Part shown: in pieces, positions 1-11,600 of the stretch
Layout of the letters: each line of letters begins with the position of its first letter
Position numbering within the stretch: the stretch's first letter is position 1
Source of the DNA: Rhina ancylostomus
Lineage: Eukaryota
Direction: 5' to 3'
DNA: 64,000 bases
Assembly (NCBI GenBank): GCA_030265395.1
Contig: JARFYF010000022.1
Location: forward strand, 23,621,312 to 23,685,311
Notes under the pieces: model-generated
What the model was told of the DNA's origin: nothing
What the model saw: only the letters and a program-made list of their open reading frames with translations
Databases searched by the model: none
Position numbers and translations under genes: made by a program

Positions 1-903
1 CCATGGTGTCATGGTTAGTAAGTTTGTGGATGACACCAAAATTGGTGGTGTTAGTGGACAATGAAGAAGATTATCTGGAATTACAATAAGATCTATATGA
101 ACTGGGGAAGTGGGCCAAGGATTGGCAGATGGAATTTAACTCTGACAAGTGCGAGGTGTTGCGTTTTGGTCAGTTAACCCAGGGAAGAACTTGCACAGTA
201 AGTGGTAGGGCCTGGAGAGTGTTGTAGATTAGAGAGAGCCAGAGATACAGGTACACACTTCCCTGAAAGCAGCGACTTAGGTAGACTGGATGATGAAAAA
301 GGCGTTTGGCACGCTTGCCTTCATCAGTCAGGGCATTGAGAACAGGAGCTGGGACATCATGTTGCAACTGGGCAAGTGGTTGGTAGACCGTACTTGTCAT
401 ACTGGTCTCCCAACTAGAGGAAGGATGTCATTAAACTGGAAAGGGTGCAGAGAAGACACACGAGGACATGATTGGGGGTGGAGGGCTTGAGTTACAAGGA
501 GAGACAGGATAGGCTGGGACTTTCTTTCCTGGACTATAGGAGGCTAAGGGGTGACATTATAGATGTATATAAAATCTGAGGGGCATAGATAAGGCAAATG
601 ACCACAGTCTTTTTCCCTGGGTAGGGGGGTCCAAAAGTAGATGTCATAGATTTAAGATGAAAGGCAAAAGATTTAAAAGGGACCTGAGGGGCAACTTTTT
701 CACACAGAGTGGTGGGACATGGAACAAGCTGCCAGAGAAAGTGTTTACAAAAAACATTTAGACTGGCACATGAATAGAAAATGTTGAGAGGGATCTGGGC
801 TAAAAGTGGGGAACTGGGACGAGCTTGGATAGATATCTTGGTTAGCATGGATGAATTGGGCCGAAGGGACTGTTTCTGTGCTGTATAACTCCATGACTCT
901 ATT
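1..903 (+). mobile_element. CR1-clade LINE (HER1-like) 3' fragment, decayed; runs off the left edge
   Basis: Starts with RT motif SKFVDDTKIGG, then ...WQMEFNSDKCEVLRFG, with frameshifts and stops; ends in the tail GGGCCGAAGGGACTGTTTCTGTGCTGTATAACTCCATGACTCT. Confidence 0.88.
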
Positions 904-914
904 TCTAATAAATT

Positions 915-1138
915 ATAAATGAAAATTAAAATAAAAGTTGCAGATGCTTGAAATCTGAAATAAGACCAGACAATTCTAGAAACACTCAGCAGGTCAGCCA
1001 GCATCTGCAGAGAGAGAAACAGAGTTGACTTTTCACATTGAAGACCCTTTATCTAACAAAAGGTCCATGACCTGAAACATTAACTCTCTCTCTTTCTAGA
1101 GGGTTCCTGGCCTGAACGTTTTCAGCATTTTCTGTTTT
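915..1138. mobile_element. Foldback (inverted-arm) repeat, Penelope-pLTR-like, flanked by a direct repeat
   Basis: Left arm ...CTCAGCAGGTCAGCCAGCATCTGCAGAGAGAGAAACAGAGTT is roughly reverse-complementary to right arm ...AACTCTCTCTCT...CAGCATTTTCTGTTTTTA; TATTTCTAATAAATT at 900-914 and 1139-1153. Confidence 0.7.
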
Positions 1139-4137
1139 TATTTCTAATAAATTGATACTTCTGATTCTCTTTATTTAGGATGTGGGAATTGACACAAATT
1201 GAATTATCTCAGCTGATGTAAGTAGTGGAAGTTTGGGTGCTGGAAAAAGTTGTTGAAATATAAGGCACTTCTTAGACACAAATATTTTCTTTGCCCTTGG
1301 ATACAGCACACGAGGCTTAACCAATTATGAAAGACATCTGGTAGATAAGCTAAAATCTTAGAACATTTCATATTTTCCAGTCTGCAAGTGAGAAATATAG
1401 AAGACCATCAGTTTGTCTAATAGTTTCTCATAAAGTACTTTGAGACCCATCACTTTCCCTAATGTTTGAGATGATTGTGGGTAGTGTACAATATGCAGAT
1501 GTTTTTGGCAGTGGGTGGAAATGCATCTCTTAAGTATATATTTCCATTGGCTTTCATTGTGGTTCAGGTTTGCAAATGCATGAGGTTTTTAATCTCATTG
1601 AAAAGCTGATGGCATAAATACTTGTGTATCCTGCGTGTGTGTAAAAAAAAAGGGGAAATGCCACATGGAACTGTAAGTGTGCAGAAGCTGGGGACTGCAC
1701 AGTAAGTGTACATGAATGGAGGAATCCTGAACTCATTGTGGAGTCGAGCCAAAGCATGAATTGCCTCTATTATTCTGGGATGCCTGCTGCCAAACTTGGT
1801 TCAGCAATGCCATTCATTTCAATAGTGAGGAGTGGTTAGTGAGGGAGAAAGGCAACTTGCAGTTAATTTACATCTGTTAATTTAAATTTTTAATTATTTT
1901 GAGTTTTCTTTTGTTTCTTTTGTTAATATTTTTCACCTTGCTTAATTATCAACAGCTCTCAAATGGTATTGAATGAGATGTCAGAGACATTCACAATCAA
2001 GCCTTTTGCCAGCTCTGTTAGCCAGTGGAGTGGTTTAACCAGACTCCTAAGTATTTTAGTGCATGGGGCATGTTCAGACAATATCGTGTGATTCTATTCA
2101 CAATCGGGAGGCTGTGTGGTCCATTTGGGGTAGGTTGCACTGAAGCACCCACTCAAGGTAAGACCAAGTTTAGTACCTTGGCACAATGTTACTGTGGGTG
2201 GTAAACCACTCCAAGGTAATTCCAGACCAGTGTGGCTGAAGCGATTGTTTCTTCTGAGACACAACACAAAACGCTGGGACGACTCAGTGGGTCAGTCATT
2301 GTCTGTAGGGAGAGATGCAGAGCCCATTTCATTAACCTGAAACACTAATCTATTATGACTTGCTCCTTTTTAAAGACTAAGAAAGAAAGAAATTTGATGC
2401 ACTTTGTGGTACATGCTGCACATTCCCAGTACGTGTTTAAACAGGTCCAAGCCACCATGGTGTTAGCCTCAATACAGCTTGCATCCTGGTCACACATTCT
2501 TGCCAAATGTGCATTGCCAACTCGTGGAGAAATTATCCAGTTTTATTTTAAATACAGCTGCTTCCCACTGATGTCAGTTTCTCTTTCTTCCTCTTGTTCC
2601 GGAGGTTGTGCACTATCTGCACCATTAAAACAAAACACCCATTTTGAGTGAGTATGTACATCTCTGCAGATGCTTAGATTGCCACTAAAATAAAGGACTT
2701 AAGTCTCAGCAGTACTTAAGAGAAGGCACCTGGACCACACTGTAGCACAAAATTAAAATCTGCAAAGTAATAACAAAACAGAAATGAGTCAGAGCAAGCA
2801 AGTCTTTCAGTTGCAAAACCTTCTTGTCCAACTACACATTTGACCACATTTGGTTCAATTTTGAAAACAAATCTTCTTACAACCACTAGATACTGTTGAT
2901 GCTGCCATTGCTTGGTGCTCATTATTTGGAGTCAGAGTCCATTTAGTTCCCACTGAAACACTTTCTCTGTATTTTCCAGACTGGAAGAAGGGAATGGGGA
3001 ATGAGAAAAGAGAAAGGGCAGTTGATGAAAAAAACAATAGGTTAGGTCTCCACCAAATTTCTAGAGAAATATTAGATTTTTGTCTCACTAACAAGTGCTG
3101 ATGCTGCTTATATTTGTGAATGGTGGCTTTGTTTTATGCCAGTCATGGTAAGTAATGACTTTATTGGAATTGATGGTTTACGGCAGTGCTTACTAGGTTC
3201 AACTCTGACTGAAAGGTTCAGATGACATTATAAGCAGAAAAGCAAAGACTGATCAGGTTACAGCCTTGAAGTGAAAATATGTTTCCTCATTTCATTAAAT
3301 TTCATGGAGAGCTTCTGTTTGAGTTTTGGATTCTTATTTTATTGAAAGCAGCCCTCAGTTTATACTACAATACGTGAAGTTTGTTTTGTTTATATATTAA
3401 TGGGAGGTTAATTGAATAATTATTAAATAGCAGAAAGTAAAATTATTCATCTTTATTTATAAATACTTTCACAACAATGAAATCTCTGCAGAATGTAAGG
3501 AATTACAAATGTCAGTAAATCTATTTTTTTTAAAAAAACTTAAAAATAAAGATTACCTTTGTCCAGAAGTTGCTATCAGTATAATAAATTCTTTTGAACT
3601 AACAATGTCTCTTTCATCAAACCCAATGAATGGAAAACTTGAGCAGTAGCCAGTATCTTCATCTTACTTAAACCTAAGGTACCTGCAGGATCAGAACATG
3701 AGCACCCCAGAAGGTAAGGCTGTTAATCAGCCTGTTCTTCCCAATCAGTCTGTTCCTCCTGCTATGTGTCCACTGAGCCATGCAATCCACACTGTATGCC
3801 AACATTCATTACAATTAGAAAATAAATTAACCTGTTGAAAAAAGAATTCATTTACCTTCACTGTGGTAAGGCGGTACTTGTGGGGATGGGGGTAGAGGAT
3901 GTTGAGGGTCGCGCTGAGTTGGGAGAATGTGAGCAGTAACACTGAGCTAGCTTCACTGAACTGAACTAAAGCATTTGGAAATAGGGAGGATTTATGCAGT
4001 TATTTTGTCAGCTTTTGTCACTTGGTGCCTTGTCACAATGGTCCAGGTAAGGTTGGCATCTCAGTGGAAACTTAGAAAATTGGTTCACTCTCCTTATTGG
4101 CTCAATATAGCATCTAGAAACTGCTGCACAAGGCTAT

Positions 4138-4669
4138 CGAGTCAGAGAGAGATACAGCATGGAAAGAGGCCCTTCAGCACACTGTGTCTGTGCCAACCAT
4201 CAACCATCCATTTTACACTAGTCCTACATTAATCCCATTTTTTTTCTTCTCACCAACTCCCCGAACCCACCCCCCCCACCCCACCACCACCAGATTCTAT
4301 CATTCACCTGCGCACTAGGGCCAATTTACAGTGGCCAGTTGACCTACCAACCTGCACATATTCTGGATGTGGAAGGAAACCTGAGCACCCGGAGGAAACC
4401 CATGCAGTCACAGGAAGAANNNNNNNNNNNNNNNNNNNNNNNNNNNNNNNNNNNNNNNNNNNNNNNNNNNNNNNNNNNNNNNNNNNNNNNNNNNNNNNNN
4501 NNNNNNNNNNNNNNNNNNNGATGTGGAAGGAAACCTGAGCACCCGGAGGAAACCCATGCAGTCACAGGAAGAACATACAAACTCCACTCAGACAGCACCT
4601 GAGATCTGGATTGAACTCCGGTCTCTGGCACTGCGAGGCAGTGGCTCTAGCTGTGCTACTGTGTCACCC
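4138..4669 (-). mobile_element. tRNA-derived SINE (HE1/V-SINE-like), interrupted by an assembly gap
   Basis: Minus strand shows a tRNA-like head with B-box-like GAGTTCAATCC, V-domain-like GGGTTTCCTCCGGGTGCTCAGGTTTCC and a CR1-type tail AAGGGCCTCTTTCCATGCTGTATCTCT. Confidence 0.85.
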
Positions 4670-5395
4670 TGTGTTGAAGATGTTACAGCATCACTGCAGA
4701 AAAGACACTGGATAGATATGGCTCAAAGCTAATAGATGCCTTCAATTTTAACAATGAGAAGTTTAAAACAAAATTAGTTAATATCTAAAATTTACCCACA
4801 GGATACCTGAATTATTCCCCAATAATATAAATCTTTCTGACTTATGGAGATGTTTTGCCATCTTTATTCTGCTCTTAGAGTGTTATAATTATTTTATTTG
4901 ATATTCAAAGCCACAACATAGGCCATATTTCTGATCTTCAGGCAGTAGTTGTATGTGCTGAATTCTTATTTTGATAAATATGCTTTGAAAGTTGTCCGTG
5001 GTATTAAATCTGTGAACGTGTGGAACAATTTCTTAAATTAGCAAACTGTATGTGTATTAAGCCCCAGAACAAACATGTTGTCTTCATTCACACACCTAAT
5101 GCAACAGACATTATTTTGGGTAAGTCAAGAATTTACCATGGAAATCATACATAATGAGAGGACAAGACTTTGTTTACTTTCATCTCTATCTTTAGCATTT
5201 GACTAAATTATTTCCATCACTATAAATCCTTAAATCTCATAGATAAAAGCAACTGAGGGAAATTTTGTTCTTACAGCTTGAAGTATTTGGGAATTAACAT
5301 TTGATTGACTAACATGAGATCACTGCAATCTCATAACTTTTTCTGGAGACTGAAATTAAAACGTGGCTGCAGGCAGAGAGCAGATAGCTTCTGAG

Positions 5396-5407
5396 AGGTC
5401 AAGGTCA
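5396..5407 (+). promoter_or_regulatory. Perfect DR0 nuclear-receptor element AGGTCAAGGTCA (contains TCAAGGTCA)
   Basis: Exact motif in presumed intron 1; function untested. Confidence 0.3.
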
Positions 5408-5724
5408 CATGGATGTAGGGAGATCTAACATAAAGGTAAGTATGAACTCAACCCTATTATGCATCAGCTATTGCTTGGGTGGTTTTCACAAGCCAATCTG
5501 TACTTTAGATTTCCCTCTCCCCTGCAGAAGTGACAACACACCTTCAATCCTCCATAGTTGTGTGCTATCTATTGCATTTCAGATCAAGAATCCCACTGTA
5601 TACCTCTTCCCAAAATAATTATTCCAAATTACATGAGTGGGCACAATCAAAACTAGTATCATAACAATCTGTCAAAATGCATATATAGTGAAAAAGGGGT
5701 GCATTGCATAAAAGTTATTTATTT

Positions 5725-5840
5725 ATTTTTCAGGATCTGGGTATGGTTGGAAAGGCCAGCATTTATTGCCCATCCCTAATTGCCCTTGTGTGTTCTGGGT
5801 CATTTCAGTGAGCATTTAGGAGTTGGCCATAGTGGTGGGT
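5725..5840 (+). repeat. Interspersed repeat family with GGCCAGCATTTATTGCCCATCCCTAATTGCCCTTG core (LINE/SINE 3' part)
   Basis: Related segments recur at ~25870-26210 (+), ~27900-28050 (-), ~44290-44380 (-) and ~59990-60030 (-). Confidence 0.6.
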
Positions 5841-8249
5841 CTTCTTAAAAAGCAGATGAGCTTGATTTTATGCTGTACTTTAGTCCCTCAGAGGGAAAAA
5901 AAATCCTCAGTGTAATTGCAGTGAAATCATTTACTTTGAAGCACAGAGCATGTTATCAAGAAAATGTACCAGATATTTTTATACAGCAAATGCAATGAAA
6001 TGGATGGCCAGTTAATCCGGTTTGTGTTGGGAGGGTAATGAGAAAACTCCTCATTCTTGCTTGATCAGCAAAATGTGATCTTTCAATCAAGGCGTACATG
6101 AGAAGGATCTTATCTGGACAATTCAACCAAAGGATAACATTCACAATAGATGCTAAATGGTTAGCAAGCTGTTCTGTACTGTGTTGGAGGATCAAGCTAA
6201 ATTATGTGCTCAAACTTCTGGCATAAATCAAAAATTGTACATGATCCTTTTGAATTTGTTCAAAAAACACAGCAGTCCTGCTGGATTTGAAAGCAGTTTA
6301 TTCCTAAGGATGTTATGGTGAATAAAAAACTTGTTCTCAGCAGTAATAAAATGACTTTGCACTTTACAAACAGGAAGGTGTGATGGCCTTGGTAAGCTGC
6401 CAGGCTGTTGAATGGTGTTCCACTTGGGAATGCTTAAAGCAAAAGGAAACTCAATAGAATTTACAGCTTCTATCACTGTGACTTAAATTCTGCTGNNNNN
6501 NNNNNNNNNNNNNNNNNNNNNNNNNNNNTAATTCAACAGAAAGTTGGTGTTTTTTTAAGAAATGTCTGAATAAAAGACACCTCTCGAGCCTCTTTTTAAA
6601 TCAACTGGCTTGCAAGATATTCTTTACTCTTTTAAGAAACTTGAAGCTGCCTCTGTCTGCTTCCACCAGCAGGACTATAAATCCTAATAGTATTGTAAAA
6701 CTATCTTCAATCCAAGTAGTTTAAGCGATGGAGCAGGCAACTGCATTGTTTTAAGTCAAATCCCAAAGCTGCCAGTGAGACCTGGCTGCCAGTGTTTAAA
6801 TTGGTTTCAATTATTCATCCTCAGTTGGGCTGCTGTGTGGGGCTGCTGATGATGGTGGGAGTTCTTGAGGGCAGTGTGACTGTGAGGCTGGGGGTTTGGC
6901 ATTGTTAATTGCAGTGTGTTGTACTTCACTTAAGAACAACCCCCAAGTCTACTAATTCCAGAAGCATTTGCACAATTCCTTGTAAAAACCTGCAGCTTGC
7001 GTTATCCCCACATTTCTTAATGCTATGAAAATGCGAGGGTCGATAGCCAACTGAGGTAAAGAAAGCAATCAACAGGGCTGAAAATTAAGTAAAAATAATT
7101 CAACAAAGCCTTCCAGGTAATGCAACTTTCCATAAAATTCTGATATCTAGAACTCACTGTATCAGTCAGAGGAGTGTCATTTTAGTACCTTATCCACGGT
7201 CTGTGGCCTTGATTGCAATGCCCTGTGACACGTTTTGCTTTCTGGAACATTTGGAACTTCTGGTGTTGTTTTGGCTTCTTTTCCGCCAAAGTGTGATGCT
7301 TATTTAAAATCTGTTGGTTTATTTTTTACTTAGATGGGAGTTGGAGCTAAAAATGGACTTTTATTTACCTGGTTTTCTTATGTACTTGAACCAATTTTAC
7401 AAACATGTCTGACTACACTATATTTAACACTAGTTGAGATGATTTAAATTATGCCAGATTTAATTATCAGCATGTGTCTGTGAAGAATAGAGAATGTGGA
7501 TTTTAACTCACCTATGTTGCTTCTGTCATAAAACTGAACATTAATTGACATGTGTTCAGAGCTGGAGGGAATTTCAAAATGGGTTGCACGTAGTGGGCCC
7601 GTCATCTATATGGAACTTGTTTTCTTTCTTAGATACAATGTCTGTTAAAATGGATTAGAGGCAAGGGCCAAATGGAAAGGAATTTTGCAAAGTGCTTCCG
7701 CAGGAGAGCTGGAATTGGATCAAAGACTTGTCTATTCCCTGTGTTATACAAATGCAAGTGATTTAAAGCATGATGTTTAAAGGTGTAGTGAAAAATATAA
7801 CTTTTACTTCATTTCAACCTGCTTGGGAGGGGTCAACAAAATAGATGAGAATCTTTATTGATACATTTTATACATCTGTACTGAGTGGCATTTACTTCCA
7901 ATTTATCTCTGATCTGGCTATTTCATTGACTATATTGCCCAAGGTTTTTTACCCCTCCCTCTCTCTATTTCTCACATCTATTTATCCTTCTAGTGTTTGA
8001 GACAGCTGAACGATTGAATAAGGGGTCATCAAGAAGGATTGATTATGGTGTCAGAATGTGTTCAGAATAAATGGGCCATATCTGTTTAAATTTATAGAAT
8101 TTCATTGATCTTTAGCAGGTAGGCTGAATCAATGGCCAAAATATATTTTGGTTTTTGGACAAAGTGACATTTTTGTGCAAAAGTGCAAACATCAACAGAG
8201 TGTTATGAGATAGATGATAAGATATTAGATCAGACTGACAAGTAGTTTC

Positions 8250-8640
8250 AGGGTAGAAGGGTGATGGGCAAAGTATCTGAATGGAGCTTTGAAGGCATCA
8301 GTAGTAGCACTGCTTTGATTTGCAATTTTTATAAATGACATTAGATGATGGAATTACATAAAATTGTTTGTGAAGGCTAACTCTTGTGCTGGAATCTGGA
8401 CCGGGTTGGTTCCAGGACATCAGAGGTAGCAGATGAAGTTGATTGTTGATGAATGCCAATCATGGGAGTATGTAGAAACAGTGCAAGTGGAATTTACTTA
8501 TGAAATGACAACTTAATTGAGATAGAGCAGGATAAACTGATGTACAGTTATTAAAATTATCAATTAGTATTCAGAAGTGGTGGGAAAAGCAAATAATATT
8601 TGAATGTACAAAGATGAGGATGGGGTGTGTTGGTCCTACT
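8250..8640 (+). mobile_element. Very old CR1-type RT remnant
   Basis: GCATCAGTAGTAGCACTGCTTTGATTTGCAATTTTTATAAATGACATTAGATGATGG resembles a decayed GSVLGPLLFxIFINDLDDG; heavily mutated. Confidence 0.45.
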
Positions 8641-11600
8641 TATGACTGAATTACTCTTCTTGTTACTTTTGGTATTGAACTTGCCCATGTGCAGTAGCTC
8701 TAAAGTGGCTTCTTTACATGGGCTGTTGATACATATCCATCATCTGTCTCCAGGCTTCGATTACCTCCAACCATACTGGTGAAGTGTGCATCACTGACCA
8801 CCAGAAAGCTAGTGATTTCTGTGGTGAGAAAACCCCCTGAGAGTTTGCAGCTGCTGTCCAATGCCAGCTCGGCATTCTGCTGTCCCAGCAAAGTTGTCTG
8901 AGCATCCAATCACTATAAGGTAGCAGGAAACACAATGCACAATTTTTAACTAATTTGCTAAATAACATGCAGAGTGCTAAATACAGATAGATATGTAGCA
9001 GTGTGATTGAGGTGGAGTATTATAAGTATTATCAAAATCCTTTAGTTTGAAGTATTCATGTGAAGGAATTCAAGTTCATGTGCATAAAATTAGTTTTCTG
9101 ATCTAATTGTAGTTTAGTTCACCATTACAAACTTGAGTTTTGTTAAACAAGGTCTAAGGTTTTCAGTGTACTTTGCAGTATGACTAGTTTGTAAATAGCT
9201 TCAATTTGTATTGGTTTTGTTGAAGTCAATGAATTCAAAGTGGAAATGTTGCATATCCTTAGCACAAACAACAGAAGAACTTTTTAACCTCATTCTAGTT
9301 GTGTTAATTTTTTTAATATAAAATTATTGCAATTGAAAGAAAACTGATTCTCTGAGGGAGTTCAGTTGGAAGGGAGATGGAAGGAACGAGGTGACGTGAG
9401 AAGACCTGATCTTTAATCAGATATCCTGGAGGAGAGTAAAGGAGAGGATGGCAAATGAGAAGGTAGATGAAAAGGGGAAGGGGAATAGATGATTTAGGGA
9501 TTGTTAATTCAAAAGGAAAATGGCAAGGATAATTGGAAGAGGAAGGAGAAGGTACAGGGAAGATAAAGGAGTTGGTGATGCTCTGGGAATCAGTGGGAGC
9601 CTGGGAAACCTTCAGGAGTGTGACTGGGGAAACAAATGGGAAGCTGGCTGCTCTTTTCCTGCAATGCCCCATCCCAGATGCATTCATTAGCAGCTTCTTT
9701 CCCCTTCATAACATGGTGTGCTCATCAAAAGCTCCCTCTCCACCTCCGCAGCCAGCTGAAAAGTAAAAAGATAAATGAGTGAGAATTAGAAGAGACTGGA
9801 GAAGAAAGCCACAAATAAAGAGCTGGGCCAAGAGACACACCACCAGGGGAAACAAGACAGGAAAACAGCGACTTGCAGGCAGCAGAGAGAGAGAGACTGG
9901 GACTGTAGGGATCATCTAATAGCACATTAAAAACTTAATTCTGCATTCACTGCTGGGATTTCCGGCCATTAGAAATCCCTGTGTCCACATTTTTATCGAA
10001 ACTGCCAATGTAAACTTATTATACTGTTCTACTCTCCCAGTAGAGTACAAGAGGATGTAATTGCAGCATGACAAGTTTACAATATGTACAGGAATTCAAA
10101 GTATAATACATAAATATATGGACAGAATGTATGACTTCATATTGGTTTCAGTTAGCATGCTCTGGTACATTTGTTCTCTAAATCTCCTATCCATCCATCT
10201 CAGGNNNNNNNNNNTTTGAGGATTGATGCTGGACAGGACTGGCAGCATTTGCTCTACATGTTGATGAACCACCCAAATCAGGCATGAAAATACAGTTAGG
10301 AAGGGTGTTATGGCAGCTTCTTCCATCTCGAACAGATGGATCTGGAAAGTCTGTCAACATGTGGATAATGAGACGCCAGTGCCCAGCAAATAACCTGCAC
10401 TTATTGTGTGGCCAGGATACAGCTCTGAGCTCCACATCTCAGTGCCAGACAACTGCACAACTTGCCCTAGCCCACTCCACATTAGTCTTCACAGGAGTTT
10501 AGAGTGTTTGTTTGAAAGGGAGAAAGAAATCATATTTTTACCATCCAGTTGGTTTGATTTCCCTCCCTTTTTACCTTCCATGTACATTGAGATATTGTCA
10601 GCAGCTAAGACATCACACTGTTCCAGTTTTTACCTAACTGGTTCATGAAACTTCAGCAAAAATGGGAAAGAGGCTAATTCTATGATGTGTACCATCTGCA
10701 CCTCATCTGGAAAAGGCATATTAAATAAAATGCATCATCTCAGTGTAATCAAAGCCAGTGCATAGAGCAGAGGAGCTCATAAATTCAGGATCAGATGCAT
10801 CATTTTTTTTCAGCAGGAACATACGGAAACCCTTACTATGCATTTTCTTCACTACCAAATCATTCCTTTTGACAATTAATGACAAACTACTTTGAACTTT
10901 ACTGCAAATACAAATTTTATTTGTGTCAGTTATAAAGTAGTCTCAAAATAAAAGGAAAGGAATGGGTGTATAGAGGCAGTTCATCATATAGACCAACCTC
11001 GATTGTCCCCATGTCAAACGGAAAATTGTGCAGGAGCTATAACAGGCGGTTGATTCAGTACAACCAGTTATGTGCCAGCATTCAAATTTGTGCCTCCAGT
11101 TATTTTTATGTCTTGACTGCAGGCCTTGCTGAAGGTCTGACAACTTCTCAGAAAACAACCTTTCAGCAGTACAGAACTTTAACCCTTCTCCCTGACCAGA
11201 TCTAGTGAGGGTTATCACCTCACAACCCTGCACTGGCTTCCATTCACTTTACTTTGTGTACTGTATGGGTTAATCCAGAGTAAGAGTCAGAATAGAGAGT
11301 TAAGTACATTAATGTCAACAAGGGAATACTGCTGTCATAGTGGTTGATGCAGTTTATGACCTTATTACTTGGAAATGTGAATGTACTATAAAACTCTTAA
11401 TGGTATCTTTGTGGCATTTTTCACATAAGCAAGAAAAGCAACACAGCTGATCCTTAAATCAGGAGTTCCAGCATGAATCTGCAGGGTTTCACATTGTATT
11501 AAACTGGATTTGGAGCATCAACTGATTCACAAACAGACCTTTACTGCCTTGAGCTTAACTGAAATATTACCTGAAAAAGACTGGGAAACCACTGCTGATT

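Noticed and set aside
2067-2086. p53 half-site GGGCATGTTC (another half-site, AAACATGTCT, at 7401)
   Set aside because: Only single half-sites; the adjacent decamer lacks the CWWG core.
9340-9560. Purine-rich tract; also homopolymer runs at ~53128 (C) and ~62313 (G)
   Set aside because: Low-complexity sequence with no mirror symmetry or other evidence of function.
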